DNA of 64,000 nt from Phoronis australis (taxonomy: Eukaryota; Animalia; Phoronida). Made by a program: the position numbers and the translations under genes. Of the stretch, positions 36,700-48,894 are shown piece by piece. How positions within the stretch are numbered: position 1 is the stretch's first letter; each line of letters starts with the position of its first letter. The stretch is from the NCBI GenBank assembly GCA_002633005.1, contig NMRA01000374.1:187921-251920 (forward strand), read 5' to 3'. Below the pieces are notes generated by a model that searched no databases, was not told the DNA's origin, and saw only the letters and a program-made list of their open reading frames with translations.

Positions 36700-38210
36700 C
36701 ATGAATTCTACTTTTCCCCAGCTGTCATGGCAAGGAATGCCGGGTTATTTTGTCAGGATACGTTTGGCCTGTACTGTACACCCTGTGCATTAATGTGCCG
36801 TACAGATAACCTGGAAATGACAGTTAAAGGGACACTCTTGGCGTTAGAAGTAATTTCACAGAAAATATCATGAAATCAAACCCACTACCAACATTACTTC
36901 ATAGCAATAGGCACACCATAAGGTGCACAATAAGAATACAGTAACACTGATGATTACGATCTACCTGGATACTGCTCAAGATTTTAGAACAGCAGTTCTA
37001 TGATTGTGTCCTGCGGTTCTAGTTTGTTGAGAACACCTCACTGGATCGCTTTTTGACCAGTTTTCATGCCTTCGTTGAACGCATCAGTCAAAATTTCTTT
37101 ACGCTTTCAGTCTTTATTTCAGACCTTTATGCTGACTTCAAAACCCACCCCATTGTGCTTTATGACTGTCCTGCTGTTTGGGTACTAGCTGCCTGCATTT
37201 TTATACCTGCAAATGTAAAACTCAATAAGACAGTATATGTTATCTAGTCCACTGACAGGCAACCAGAACAACAATTGTCAACCATTTGTGAACACCGCTC
37301 ACGCACCTAATTGTAAGCTGATTCCTGTTCACACAAATCAAACACAGTATTTGCAACCAATAATCAGTTCAAAAACTCACGTGACTAAAGAATCATATGC
37401 ATGACTCAGGGAAGAGTGTGTGAGGAGTGTTGAAATGTAACAAAGCTGGATGCAACACCAGGAGCCATATACCAAATTGAGCTCAACGAGCATGTCACCT
37501 TCAATACCAGTGACTTTGGCAGCCCACTTTCTCCCCACATCAGTGATGATTTTAAAGTGCCGCTGGCTGTTTATCATGCCAGCCCATGCTAACATGCTGC
37601 TTGAGTTCGTTTCGAGAGGCAAAATGTTGTTACAGCCATCTTTTGGACACAGGAATATCTTCGTCTTTCGATTGCTGAAAGTAGTGAAAGGTCTCAATGA
37701 GGATGCAACATGACATTCCTCAACAACTAGTTCCACTGGTTTGCAATCAGAAGCAGGATTCTCCAAAACCATCAAATATTTAACTTTTGTTTCAGACCAC
37801 ATACACAGCTGAAACTAGTTCTCAGATGGTATGACAGTGAGATTTCTGAGAAAAAAATAGTTATTGTATACAGCCCAAACAATGAATTGTTACGTAGCTC
37901 ACTTTCAAATGAGAAGTTGATAAGTTGCCGTAGTCCTGGGATTGAGTGGTGAACATCCTTTGCATTCCTGAGGCTGCAAACGTACACCTTGGCTTACAAC
38001 CTGGATAGGCCTATACTGCCACATAAGGTGCTTTGGACAGATGATCTTTTGTTCTAACAGGCTGGCCAGTTCCTTTGTCTCTCACACTCCCATTCGTGCC
38101 AGATTGCCAATCAACTCCCATTCTTCCAAGTGATCTAGTGCGTTGGCACTTTTAGGTATTTGACAATATTTTGTTGTACGTAACACAACGGCTCGCTGGC
38201 TTTTCCATTT
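36700..38210 (-). pseudogene. Sola3-like transposase relic: N-terminus joined to C-terminal exons, catalytic core missing
   Basis: EWELIGNLARMG..IICPKH joined to SIPGLRQLINFSF..IFLCPKDGC..DVGRKWAAKVT; next exon MGWVLKS..VKKF..FNEGMKTGQK; splice TCCAG|gtag..ccag|GTTA gives SR|L. Confidence 0.7.
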
Positions 38211-39696
38211 TCATTCAGAGCGTGATCTATTTTCGTAAACCTCATTCCATTTCTTAGCTAAATGTCAATAACGCAATATTTTGTTAAAAGGACTCCCGAA
38301 GCAATTCTGGTTATCTTCAATAAAGTTTAATATGATTTTTTACTACGATTTACTTCAAATTTGGATCATATTTTTCATGTTTTCTGCTTTGCCGCCCTCT
38401 ATTGGTGGCAGTATGAAACAGGTGAAAGTGGTGATAGTGCCTTCGCTAAAGTGTAAATCGATAATTAAAAAAGGTGCTGTCCACGGAAATAACGATATCT
38501 TGTCAAAGACGAGAGCTGTAGCTATCACAGAACCCATGTGTGGGTGGTGTGCGATTTTGCGCGCTAGAAGTATATAGGCCTCTATATAGGTTTAAATTGG
38601 TAGCTGTTTTTGGCCCGTGGAGGCATGGCATTCAAAAGTTCCTTAAAAATATCAAAATACACCATTCTGAATTATTTTTGGCATTATCAATTACAAAAAG
38701 GATAGTTGTGTATAACTCAATCATTTTTTTATTTTTTAAACGCCCGCTAAGTGGTTTAATTCCCATAGAAACATAGGGCATTTTCAACAGTCGCGCACAA
38801 GGGGTTAAGTCATTTCTTCACCTGATTTAGTTATTCGTTATATATTTACTAAGTGACGAAAGACAAAAATAATTTTTATATTTTTGTAGCTAATTCATCC
38901 CAAGTGATATATATCCTGTATCGAATTTAAATTCCGTGACATGTCATGTTCCCATAATATTGCAAATCGCCTGACGTTCTCATGAAGTGACTCTTAACAC
39001 GACAAATGCACATACGCGGCCTGAAAAGAGTGAAACTCAGACACCTATTACCAAGCCTGCCTGAAGGGCTGACAAAGATTTTTTTATATTAAATTCAAAG
39101 GCATGGAGTCTTTTACATGCCCATGTTATTATTATTAGTTTTCTCGAGGGGACAGCTTCGCTATAAGGGTACAACTTACTGCTGGTTTTTCACTAGAATA
39201 AAATGTACCTCCAAGGAAAAAGTTCCAGTGTTACCATGGTAACCGATATTTCAGTGTCGGTGCCGTTTTTATTTGCATTGGTCATGAACCTATCATGTGA
39301 TATCAATATTGTTCAGAAAAGATGCTCTTTGAAGCAGGAACTGGAGTAGAAAAGTTGGTCAAAAATGACTCATTCCACACCAAGAAATTGTCTCATTTTG
39401 CCCCCAAGAATTCATCCATTGTATCTCCTAAACCACCAAACTTTGGGGGGTGTCATACTTCACCCAATTTCTCTCATCCCTAATGTGATTTATTAGACTA
39501 AACATAGATCTGAATGGCTGACCCTCCACCTTGTCGCTGGTTGGCTGTACAGTGGTCGGTGAATCCGTCGACTGACACTTAAAAGACACCTCACACGAGT
39601 CATCCCATACGAATTTACGATAGTACGAGGCTAACCCAAGAAAACTCCGTACATCGGTGAGACCTTTTGGAGGAGACCAGCACTTGACTGCTTTAA

Positions 39697-40845
39697 CTCA
39701 TTCCTCCCTGATCCCGCCTTATGGCGTGACTGTTTATTTTCACTCAGGGCCTGATGCCGTCTGGAGGCGTTATCTAAGAATGTATCTCACAGGCGGATCA
39801 CGCCTTCAGGAGGGATAGAAGGCAGCAATTTATTGGTTTAAGTTTAAATATATCTAGGGTATTCCCAGTTTTCTATCCAATGAGGATTGAGACACCATAC
39901 TCTGTGTTAACTTCTTGTTTGTGAAGTTAATGCCTATTGGCTGTTATTTCTGGAATTTAGAACCATTTCTTCACAAGCAAATTATCAATTCAAGGAAAAA
40001 CCAGGAAGCGTGTTAACTTTGTAGTGGTTGTTGTGGTAACTTTTGAAAGATTATAAAGATATTCCTCCCTGAAATATAGTATGTTTGTTTGATTTGAAGA
40101 CTAGAATGAAGCTAATTGCCCTGAATTGTAGCCTAATTGGTGTTACATAACACTGCTGTCACCACTTAATCATCTGCTAGGGTGCTCCTGTTTATTTTAT
40201 TTGAACTGACCAGAAACAATAACAAAATGTTCAATTACTAGGAACATTCTACTCTGTGACTAGCACTGTGCACACACTCACTTGAAATTGCTGCCTTGAT
40301 ATTATACGGACATCATCTCTGCTGCTGTCTCACAGTTCTTGAAGTTTTTATTATGGAGGATAGTGTGGATACTGATGACACTGGTCACATTTAGATATAG
40401 ACTTCAGTGATTTTGGATATGATAGTGTGGATACTGATGGCGCTCAGTGGTCAGATTTAGATACAGATTTCAGTGATTTAGTTTATGATGAGGATATGCT
40501 ACACAGAAAACTTTCTTGACATGTTTTCTGGAAATTTAAATGGATTATTTGTAAACAAACGTCTTTGTTTCTGGAAAACAAAAAGTAAAACTACGTGTTC
40601 AACCCTTTATCAATATTGAACTTGGATAAATTTTATATCAACATGAAGCTCATTTACTCAAGATGTATTGCTGAAAATTTGGTAAGTATATGTTTACTAA
40701 TGACTGAGTGATGAGGTTTTAATTATGTGCAGTGCTTGTGACCTAGTTCGGAGTGAAATACCCTCGACTTCAAGGGGGTAGACATTCCACAGCTCAGCCA
40801 GGCCACTAAGCAATTTATTACATATGGTGCTCAGGGTCGAATGAG
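39697..40845. mobile_element. piggyBac-type non-autonomous element (1149 bp), TTAA target duplication
   Basis: TTAA|CTCATTCCTCCCTGA ... TCAGGGTCGAATGAG|TTAA (13/15 TIR match); internal ~62-bp tandem repeat at ~40358-40490. Confidence 0.8.
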
Positions 40846-41912
40846 TTAACTTTTGCGGGGACAAAAGCTATACAATCAGTTGAAATAAGTCGTAACAAGA
40901 TAACGCAGCCTTTAAACAATGCTCACTTTTTAGGTTTCAGCCTCAAATCAGCGTTACGTAAACGAATGAAAACTTGTTCTGAATTATCGAACGTTCTAGA
41001 ATAACATAAGGGCTTGTCCGTGTACACTAAACACTTATTCTATAATAAACCCTCCAAACCATTCTCGATCAATCGCTTAAACCAGCCGACGGAGTTACAA
41101 AGACTAAACGTCAAGAATTTGAATGGCCACAAACCACGACCAGGTGCGAAAATGGAGTTTTCTCTCTGTCCTCTTCCTCCATGGGAACTTGAAAGTAGCC
41201 ACTAGCCAAGCCAAGTCAAGCGACGAGAAAAACGAATTACGACTCAACTGATGTAAACACAAATTTATTCACGGGAGTGGAAATGCATGTTTGGTTGTAA
41301 CAGAATTCAATGCTCTAAAATCTATACAAACTCTCCTACTTTTCTCACACGCAGAGCCCCATTATAGTTCTTCGTGAAGGAAGTTTTCAAGTCTGCCAGT
41401 CTCCTTTAAGAAAACAGACAGTTGTTTCCATTTGTTGCCATGCACTATATGATGTAGGCATGTAACAGTACCATCCAGTAGGTTGCTCCTTAGCCTATAA
41501 AATCTGGGCAAGACTCTACCAGGTGTTTAGGGGTTTCTACTTCAGTATCACACACGGGACATACTAGGCTCCCCAAATGCCCAGTAATGTGTCTGTGTTG
41601 GGCTAGGTTACAGTGGCTCGTTAAAATATGAATGACATGTCTTATGGCCAAAATATCTAGACTCAGAAGGTTTTTTGAACATTTTGGTTTGATCACGTTG
41701 GGAAAATAAAGTCTCTTTGTCTCTCAGCAGGAGTTAAGTGATGCCCACTACGCTGCTGTCCCAGTTGCTTATACTAATCCGCAGCATTCGGAAAGAAGAA
41801 CAGACATCACATTAGATTTGAAGATTCTTTGACTTGGGTGAGTAGGTCTTTGAGCGCCATACAAGCTTTAGCAAAGTGGGTGCCTGACGAGCTTACTTGA
41901 TGCGTGCTGTAA

Positions 41913-43470
41913 CCCTCTTAGTGCTGCAGGATTAAATTTAATCCAAACCATTCCTACCCCTTGGCTGCTGCGGGATCAAATATGCGACCATGACCTTTCA
42001 TTCATGTCCTATCTTGGGGGTCAATTTCAGCCAATTAAATACATTTATTTTTGCCCGGGTTCTTGTTGAGAACTTTGTCGACGAATGAAATTCCATTTTA
42101 CAATTTGAATGGCGATTTTACCTTGAGTACTTCCCGAGATACGACGTGTCAAATAACCTGATTGGCCGGCGCTTTCTGACTGCCCGATGGTTTTAAAAAT
42201 GGCGAGTAATAGAGGCGAGTACTTAAATTTGGAGCGTATTTTAGATATTATTGCACATGATTTGGATTCAGAAGAGGAATTTGAGGGTCCTGAGTTAGAG
42301 GATATAGATAGTGGCGACGAGGACAGTGATCTGGAGGCGGTCATTGACGAGTTACCGGAGGAATGGGTGCTCGATCGCGGCGATCAACCAGTGCCGATCT
42401 GGTGCGTAAATTTTTGTCAAGACTGTTGCACGTCGTGGAGCGTTGTTGGACAATCGTCCTGTGGACTATTTCGCTTTATTTTTCACTGAGGAATTGCTGA
42501 CATTGATGCGCGACGAAACTAATCGGTATGCCGAGCAATGCATTCAAGAACGCGACTTGGCAAGATACGCGCGTTTGTGAGACTGGGTTCCAGTGACAGT
42601 CGCCTATGTCAAGGCAGTGACGGCACTGCACATAGCGATGTCCATTGTCAGAACGCCAATTGTGGCACAGACAAAATGGATCAACTGTGTAGTTATTATG
42701 AATGGCCACATCGTACTCCTAAGTGGTACCACAATGTTTACCATCACTTGTTGAATATTTGTGTCGCGAACTCTCGCATCTTATATCAGTCGGACAAGAA
42801 TCCTGCGCTGGATGGTGTTGCGTTTCGACAGAAAGTAGTCGAAGGACTTCTAGCGGGATACAAGACCCAACCGGAAAGACAACCTCGTCCTGCTACAGCA
42901 TTTGATGAATTCTGGCGTTCAGGTCGCCATTTTCTGGAAACTGTGCCCAGTGGATGCCGTCCGGATTGTGTAGTGTGTTCTGACCGCAAAGTCAAACGTC
43001 GTCAGGTGAACACTCAGTGCAAGCAGTGCAAGCTTGCAATGCATGCAGGGACTTGTTTTGAACGGTTACTACTAGTGCGAACCAATACTATTTCCATAAC
43101 ATAACATTAGCTGAATATTTTAGTGAAAAATAATGGTATTTCCACAACATAACAATTAGGTAAGTGTATTTGCAAAGACATAACAGAAGAACACTGTTAA
43201 AAATATTGTTTTTTGTTATAGAACAGCAGGTGAAGAATCTTCAAACTTGGGAAGGCAAGTTTTTCAACAAGCACCATTCATTTGGCAACAATCTACAACA
43301 TAAACATAAAGGTGGAAACCATGCAATTAACATTTTTGCGAGGATATTTTATATTAGAAGACATCTGAACATAAAAGATAAATGCTTAAGATAGTTTGCA
43401 GTGTGAAAAATGAACAAAAAAAAAACTGTGTGAAGTTCTTTTTGGTGTCACAAGGTGGCGCTTTTCATAG
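41913..43470 (+). mobile_element. piggyBac (PGBD4-like) element, internally deleted, right TIR lost
   Basis: Starts GTAA|CCCT where the 5.05-kb RTE copy has TTAA; acidic N-terminus, PVDYFALFFTEELL..ETNRYA, then GTDKMDQLCSYY..KWY..LLN..V.NS, and a C-terminal CVVC..CKQC..H..CF Cys-rich domain. Confidence 0.9.
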
Positions 43471-43477
43471 GACAGTG

Positions 43478-45000
43478 CTCTTCAGTTCCTCCACTCGGGC
43501 TAACGACACTACCCAGGTAAGTAAGTTGTATGACGTTTTCAGTCTCCTCATCATCAACATTATTTACTTGTATACGCATCATACAAGTCTCGGTGATGAT
43601 GGACAGTCCTACTCGTTCAGCAGTCTCTGACAATGCCGCTGTCCTACTCAAGTCTTCAAAGCGATGTGACATAAGTCATCTGCGTACTCCGGATCGTGTA
43701 ATCGTTTCGTAAATGTTCATTAGATTCCTGCTGGTTTCCCCGAAAAAGCAAACCTGATATCCCTGTCCAGAACTACTAGGAACAGCAAAGGAGAGAGAAG
43801 ACACCCTTGCCTGACTTCTGAATTAAAAGAGAACCGTTGATTCAGCTGTCCTTCATGCAGCCCCTGACATTTGAAATCTTCGTGAAGTCTTGTAACTAGT
43901 CTGACAATTTTCTCATGTATACCATAATGCCTCAGAATCTTCCTGGTAACGCTTTGGTCAATACTATCAAAAACCTTACGAAAGTCTATAAAATTAATGT
44001 AAAGCGAGGAACTCCACTTAATTGATTGTTCGATTATAATTCTTAGAGTTGCGATCTTGTCCGTACATTAGCACTCTTGGAGAAATTGTGCCTGTTCATC
44101 ACAAAGTTTGGTGTGTACCGCGTCTTTAACTCTGGTTAGCAGCATCCTAGTGAAGATTTTGGTAGGAATAGAGGAGACTGATCCCCTGCCAATTCGTAGT
44201 GTGTGAAAGGGTTTCTTTCTTCGGCAGCTTCACTAAAACTCCTTTATTCTAGTCCTCTGGAAGAGTTTTGTCTCTCCATATCTTGTTCAGCGGGTCATGT
44301 AGAATGGCCTCCCTTACTAATAGCTTCTTGTGGTATATTACCTAGTCCGGTGCCTTTCCTGTTTTCATAGCCTTCATGGCGCTTTGTATTTTAGTTCTGC
44401 GGATGTCGCCGGTCGATATGTCTAAATCTTCCACTGCTTCTTCTGGTCGATGGGCGCGGAATTGTCCAACACGCTAGAAAAATGGTCTCTCTAAAGCTCC
44501 AACTGTTTCTGCAGACCAGCAATATGCGTTTTGTCTTCATCCTTGATAGGCTTAGTTCAGTTGAAACGTCCCCGCTGAGCAGCTTCATTGTAGAGTAAAG
44601 GGTCGTGATATCGCCTTTCACTGCAGCCTCTTCTGCCTTTGTTGCAATCTCCCCAAGGTGCTGACTATTGTATTTTCTGATGCACTGTTTAACTACCTTA
44701 TACTTCTGTTGAGCATTTTGGTTCTGCAGTCGTGTTTTTGCATGAAGGAAATTCTTCTTTATTAGGCATTTCCGTTGTTCAATCCTTGACAATTATCATC
44801 GGTCATCAACGCCTTTTGGTGCTTCCTGGGCTCACTAAGTGGCCCTTTGCATGCTCTTTTTAGCCTAGCCAACATCTGTTGGAGATTTGGATCTGGGTGC
44901 TAAGTTTTAGTGCCTCGAATTTGTTCCCAGGAGTAAGTCAGAATCCAGGTCGGCTGTCATTATCCTTGAGTTTGTCTACATTGTACTTGGTCCAGCTGAG
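43478..45000 (-). mobile_element. RTE-clade LINE RT region (degenerate)
   Basis: GKAP, NWQGISLLSIPTKIF, CTDKIATLRIIIEQS, FIDFRKVFDS, RQGCLLS, YADD, YLGSVVS; continues at ~41770-41910 beyond the piggyBac. Confidence 0.92.
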
Positions 45001-45990
45001 AAATCGGGAAACGAATTTAGCTAATTTTGACCGTTTCAAAAATCACTAAAAGTACTCATCTTACGGTGCACTAAAATAGACAAAGAATTATCAAAATCTG
45101 TCAAATTTACATGAATAAAATAGTAGGTCACACCTGATCAGTAACACAGGTTGAGTGTTTCAACGTTACTTGCACTGTTCGAACTAACTCTTGAAATTTT
45201 GCTAAAACTCAATTGCCGCTAGGTTCAAAACTGGCCAGAAACAAATGGTATCCATGGAAGCAAAAGGGGGCGTTTTGAAAAATAATAAAGGTGATCTGGC
45301 GTCAGTGGGCCCAAGCTCATTACACATACATCTGTGAACATAATCGTTAGTTTTCGTATTTCGAAAAAAGAACAACACAAGCAGGCACACAAACTGAGAT
45401 CTCTTGTTTATCTGTACTGACTAATATTTATCTACATGTAACATGTGTGTAATGGCCTGGTCTCAATATTGCGCTCCCCAGAAATTCGGCAGTTTCCGTA
45501 ATGGAATCCGTCTGTAGTGTAGGGAACATTTGTCGAATGATAAGTGATGATACACATTGATCTATCCAAGACAATAGTTACGGTGCCCGAGATTTATCAC
45601 TCTTGTGAAGGAAATAAACGAAATGCAGTTTTAATGAAGCAAAACAACTAATTAGTGACCAAATCTATTTTCTTTATTCCTTTTCATTACTTCATTTTTG
45701 TTGTGACAATGTGAAAAGGCAAATCGTGCTTCTTGCTACTGCGTAAAATATCATGCAACACCAAAGGAATGAGAAAATTGACGTTTCTTAAGTAAAAGTA
45801 AAAAATATGGGTAATTTGTTTCGTTCAAAGATGCTGAGTGACAACTAATCTAACAAAGGTTACATTTTTGACCATTAGACGTTGCATGGCACTCAAGTAG
45901 TCAAATCAGTTGAGTGTGTTTGGCCTATAAATTCGCAGAATACACGCACGCTCATGCATTCCTTGGGATGCTTCAACAATGCGTGCTCTT

Positions 45991-46131
45991 TTACAAGCAT
46001 CCCAGCACATCAGCCCTCAGGGTGGCCCAACCATGCCAGGACATAGGATAAATCAAAACGTGGTCTGCTTCGATCGGAGGCGAAATGGTGTTCACCTTCA
46101 GGGTGTCAGTATCGAAGTTTCCCTGGAATTC
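45991..46131 (-). CDS. Terminal exon of an F5/8 type C (discoidin/FA58C) domain protein
   Basis: Acceptor ttacag|GAA, phase 0; EFQGNFDTDTLKVNTISPPIEADHVLIYPMSWHGWATLRADVLGCL* matches the FA58C C-terminal half (F.GN.D, PPI.A, P..W, LR...GC); phase-compatible with the donor of the 54186 exon. Confidence 0.88.
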   Translation of the reverse strand, partial: EFQGNFDTDTLKVNTISPPIEADHVLIYPMSWHGWATLRADVLGCL

Positions 46132-47123
46132 CTGTAACAGATGATTTTCAAATGATATGATCGGCGAGAATCCAATGAGCAAAACACGGTAACTTGAACA
46201 GCAGTGCACGAATTTATCTCAAATAACATCAGCAGAGCCTTTTCATTAAATTCACTCGATTTTCAAACATGAATGTGTTTTCTTTTGCTTTGACTTTCGC
46301 AAAAATCTGCGAGACCATACAATGATCCTCGACTTCCCTGGGTGTTGATCTGTATGATTTTCAGGTATTCACTAACTCGTGAGCTCAGTTTATCCGGCAA
46401 TTAGAGCTCAGGTAAGACATCGAGCAACTGGGTACCCTGGTAATGGCTAACCTTCCAAAAATCAAAAGCTAGCAGGTAAAATAAAAGTTAATTTGGCTAT
46501 TTAAGTTACGAAACTGAATTTTGCATAATTATGCCGCCGTCGGACCAACGGAGATCTTTCGAAATATTTTTGATACTGAATTATTGAATCTCTATCGGTT
46601 TTAAGAGACTAAGTAAAATTTAAATCAACCAAAAGAACTGAGAAGCGTCATCGTAAGACAATTTTAAACTTTCGCTCAAAATCAAACAACTGTAATCAGA
46701 GGACAGGGAGAGGAGTGCAAATCTACTCGGCTGTCTACCAAGCTCGGCATTTCTGGAAATGCTCAGTCAACTCCTATGCTTTTTCATGAAAGTTCATTTA
46801 ACAATAACCAGTTGACAAGATTCCCCAGGGATTAGCCACTCAAAGCCGTTTTATACGGGGAAAAACGAAATGAAAATTGTGTTAAATAGTCAAATAAAGA
46901 ACTTTTACTGAATCGTGGGTATTGCACGAAAATATGTTGTCATAGGGCCGTCCCGAATTAAACAGCGACACGCAAATCTGTATGTATTTACCCGCAACGC
47001 CGTAAACATCCGTCTGGCACATTTGCTGTCTCGTTTTCGTACCATTGGAGTTTCACATGTCATTTGCTGTTGTCTGATTCTTTACAAGTTTTTCTTGGTT
47101 CCATTGCTCTACCCGACGTAACA

Positions 47124-47270
47124 ATGCCAACGAAGTATTGCTTCTGTGCTGTTCGCGGGCAGCACTTCGGACGTGAGAACGTTTGATAAACCTGACAAAT
47201 ATCCGTGAATGCGTCATGTGAAATTCTTCACCTTCCGCGACATCAACGAGATACACGAAAATGTGCCTGA
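47124..47270 (+). pseudogene. Possible THAP N-terminal relic
   Basis: MPTKYCFCAVRG/..SDVRTFDKPDKYP*MRHVKFFTF resembles the THAP C..C..FF.FP start; frameshifted and truncated. Confidence 0.35.
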
Positions 47271-48894
47271 TTTCCAAAACGAGGTCACGCACTTTCTTAT
47301 CTAAAGGACGAAGGAAAGGTCTATGGCCGTGTAATCCGGGGCGGCCCAATTGAAAACGTCTTTAACAGTCCTATTTTAATCATTGACTTAACATCTGGTT
47401 AAGAATTAAGTTTCCTTTAGTCAAAAACCAGTCGCACAGGAAATGACGCACAGTATATATCTATATCTATCAATGTGTGTATGTGTGCGAGCGCGTGCGT
47501 GTGAATGAATATATGCAAAAAAATTAGATGTCAGTGTAATTCGGTAGCAGTTTTTCATGGACACTAAGAGACATAACGTAAAACAAGTTAAATTAGTTGC
47601 TATATTTCGAGAGGAAATGACTCAACCTCAGGCAATAGGTGAAATGGATGGGGAGGAAACGAAGATTTGAGTTTTTGCTATTCGCTTGTCACTCCGCAAT
47701 TTGTATTTTAACCTACCGGTGAACTCATGGACTAAAGCATTCACTGGGCTCATTGGCTAACATTTGGGACATAAACTGAACTCACAAGATGGCAGACGAT
47801 TTGATTCGTTGTTCTTAGAGGAAGGTAAAAAAATGAATGGTAACTGGTAAGACCGTTTGCGGTTTTCTAAAACGTGTCAATGGAATTTTATTTCGTTAGT
47901 ACTAACACACTGAACAAAAAAATCTTCATTCTTTTGTTTTATATCACCAAGTGGTGAAAAACCCTTCGGTGGAACTCCAGCTATCTTTAAGACAGAGCTG
48001 AGTGTTGGCTACGTTAACGGGCGATCCTTCCCAAAAAGCCTTCTACTGGAGTCACTGTCCATTACCCTATATGTTGACCACTTCTAACACCAAAAATTGA
48101 TTGCTCGGCAGAATATTTTATGAGTTGCAAATTAGCAACTAAGTATGAAGGTTTTGCAAAATGTTTTTGAAATGATATATCGGCTCCGTAAATCTTACAA
48201 TTGTGATCGGTTGATACCAGGCTCAATAAGTATCAGACGGTATGAACGTTCCAACCCTGAAACCGAAAATTCAAGAAACTGACTCGGTGACTGAATTTGT
48301 TTGAGCACATTTTTAGTTTCATTTGCATTTCTGACACATGACAAAATTTTAATTACATCGTTTTGAAAGTTTCAGTGAATGCTAATGAAAATATTGTTTT
48401 CGACACTGACGATGACATAGTTTACAACCAGATTAAGTTTTTCACGTGCCTCAATCGGTATCCTGGCTTCGCTAGTTCAGTAGGTGGGCCACATTGGGAG
48501 TTCCATAAAACTTCCGGTTGCTGAGCTTGAGGCAATTGGAATCAAAATTTTGAATAAATAAAATCTATAGGCAGCAATGTGCGAGACTGATTTTGTGAGT
48601 TCTTGCTGGATGTCACCACAATGGAAACTTTGACGAAGGCAACTTAAGGAGGCTCACATTCGCCACTACTCGAGTCGGGTACTCGAAACCCCCGGACGGT
48701 CACAGAAGTCCATTAAGACTTAGCTCTGCTGGAAGTGGCGATAGAAACTTTTTTATTCGTCCCATTGTATTTGTGTTTTTGTTTGTGTTTGAATCTTATT
48801 GGGCAAACCACACCTTTTCACGTTTGATGGGACCCATTTGATTTCGCGTTATACATCGTGGCTTAGTTTGTATGATGCTTGTGTTGGGATTTAA

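Larger units (their letters stand above)
30310..39578 (-). mobile_element. Large Sola3-like element (~9.3 kb) with intron-containing ORF relics
   Basis: Inverted ends share cagcca.ccagcg.caaggtgg.gggtcagcc; the right end is followed by TTAA (39579-39582); both ends share the G.....GTC.ACG....CACC pattern with the 13687 end. The left flank is CCTA rather than TTAA. Confidence 0.72.
40930..45330 (-). repeat. Inverted, more complete copy of block 591-2663
   Basis: Reverse-complement similarity throughout, plus extra RTE sequence (~43935-44478) and a piggyBac insertion. Confidence 0.92.

Noticed and set aside
38780-38810. piggyBac-like end (..AAGGGGTTAA)
   Set aside because: No matching opposite terminus found, so no element could be delimited.
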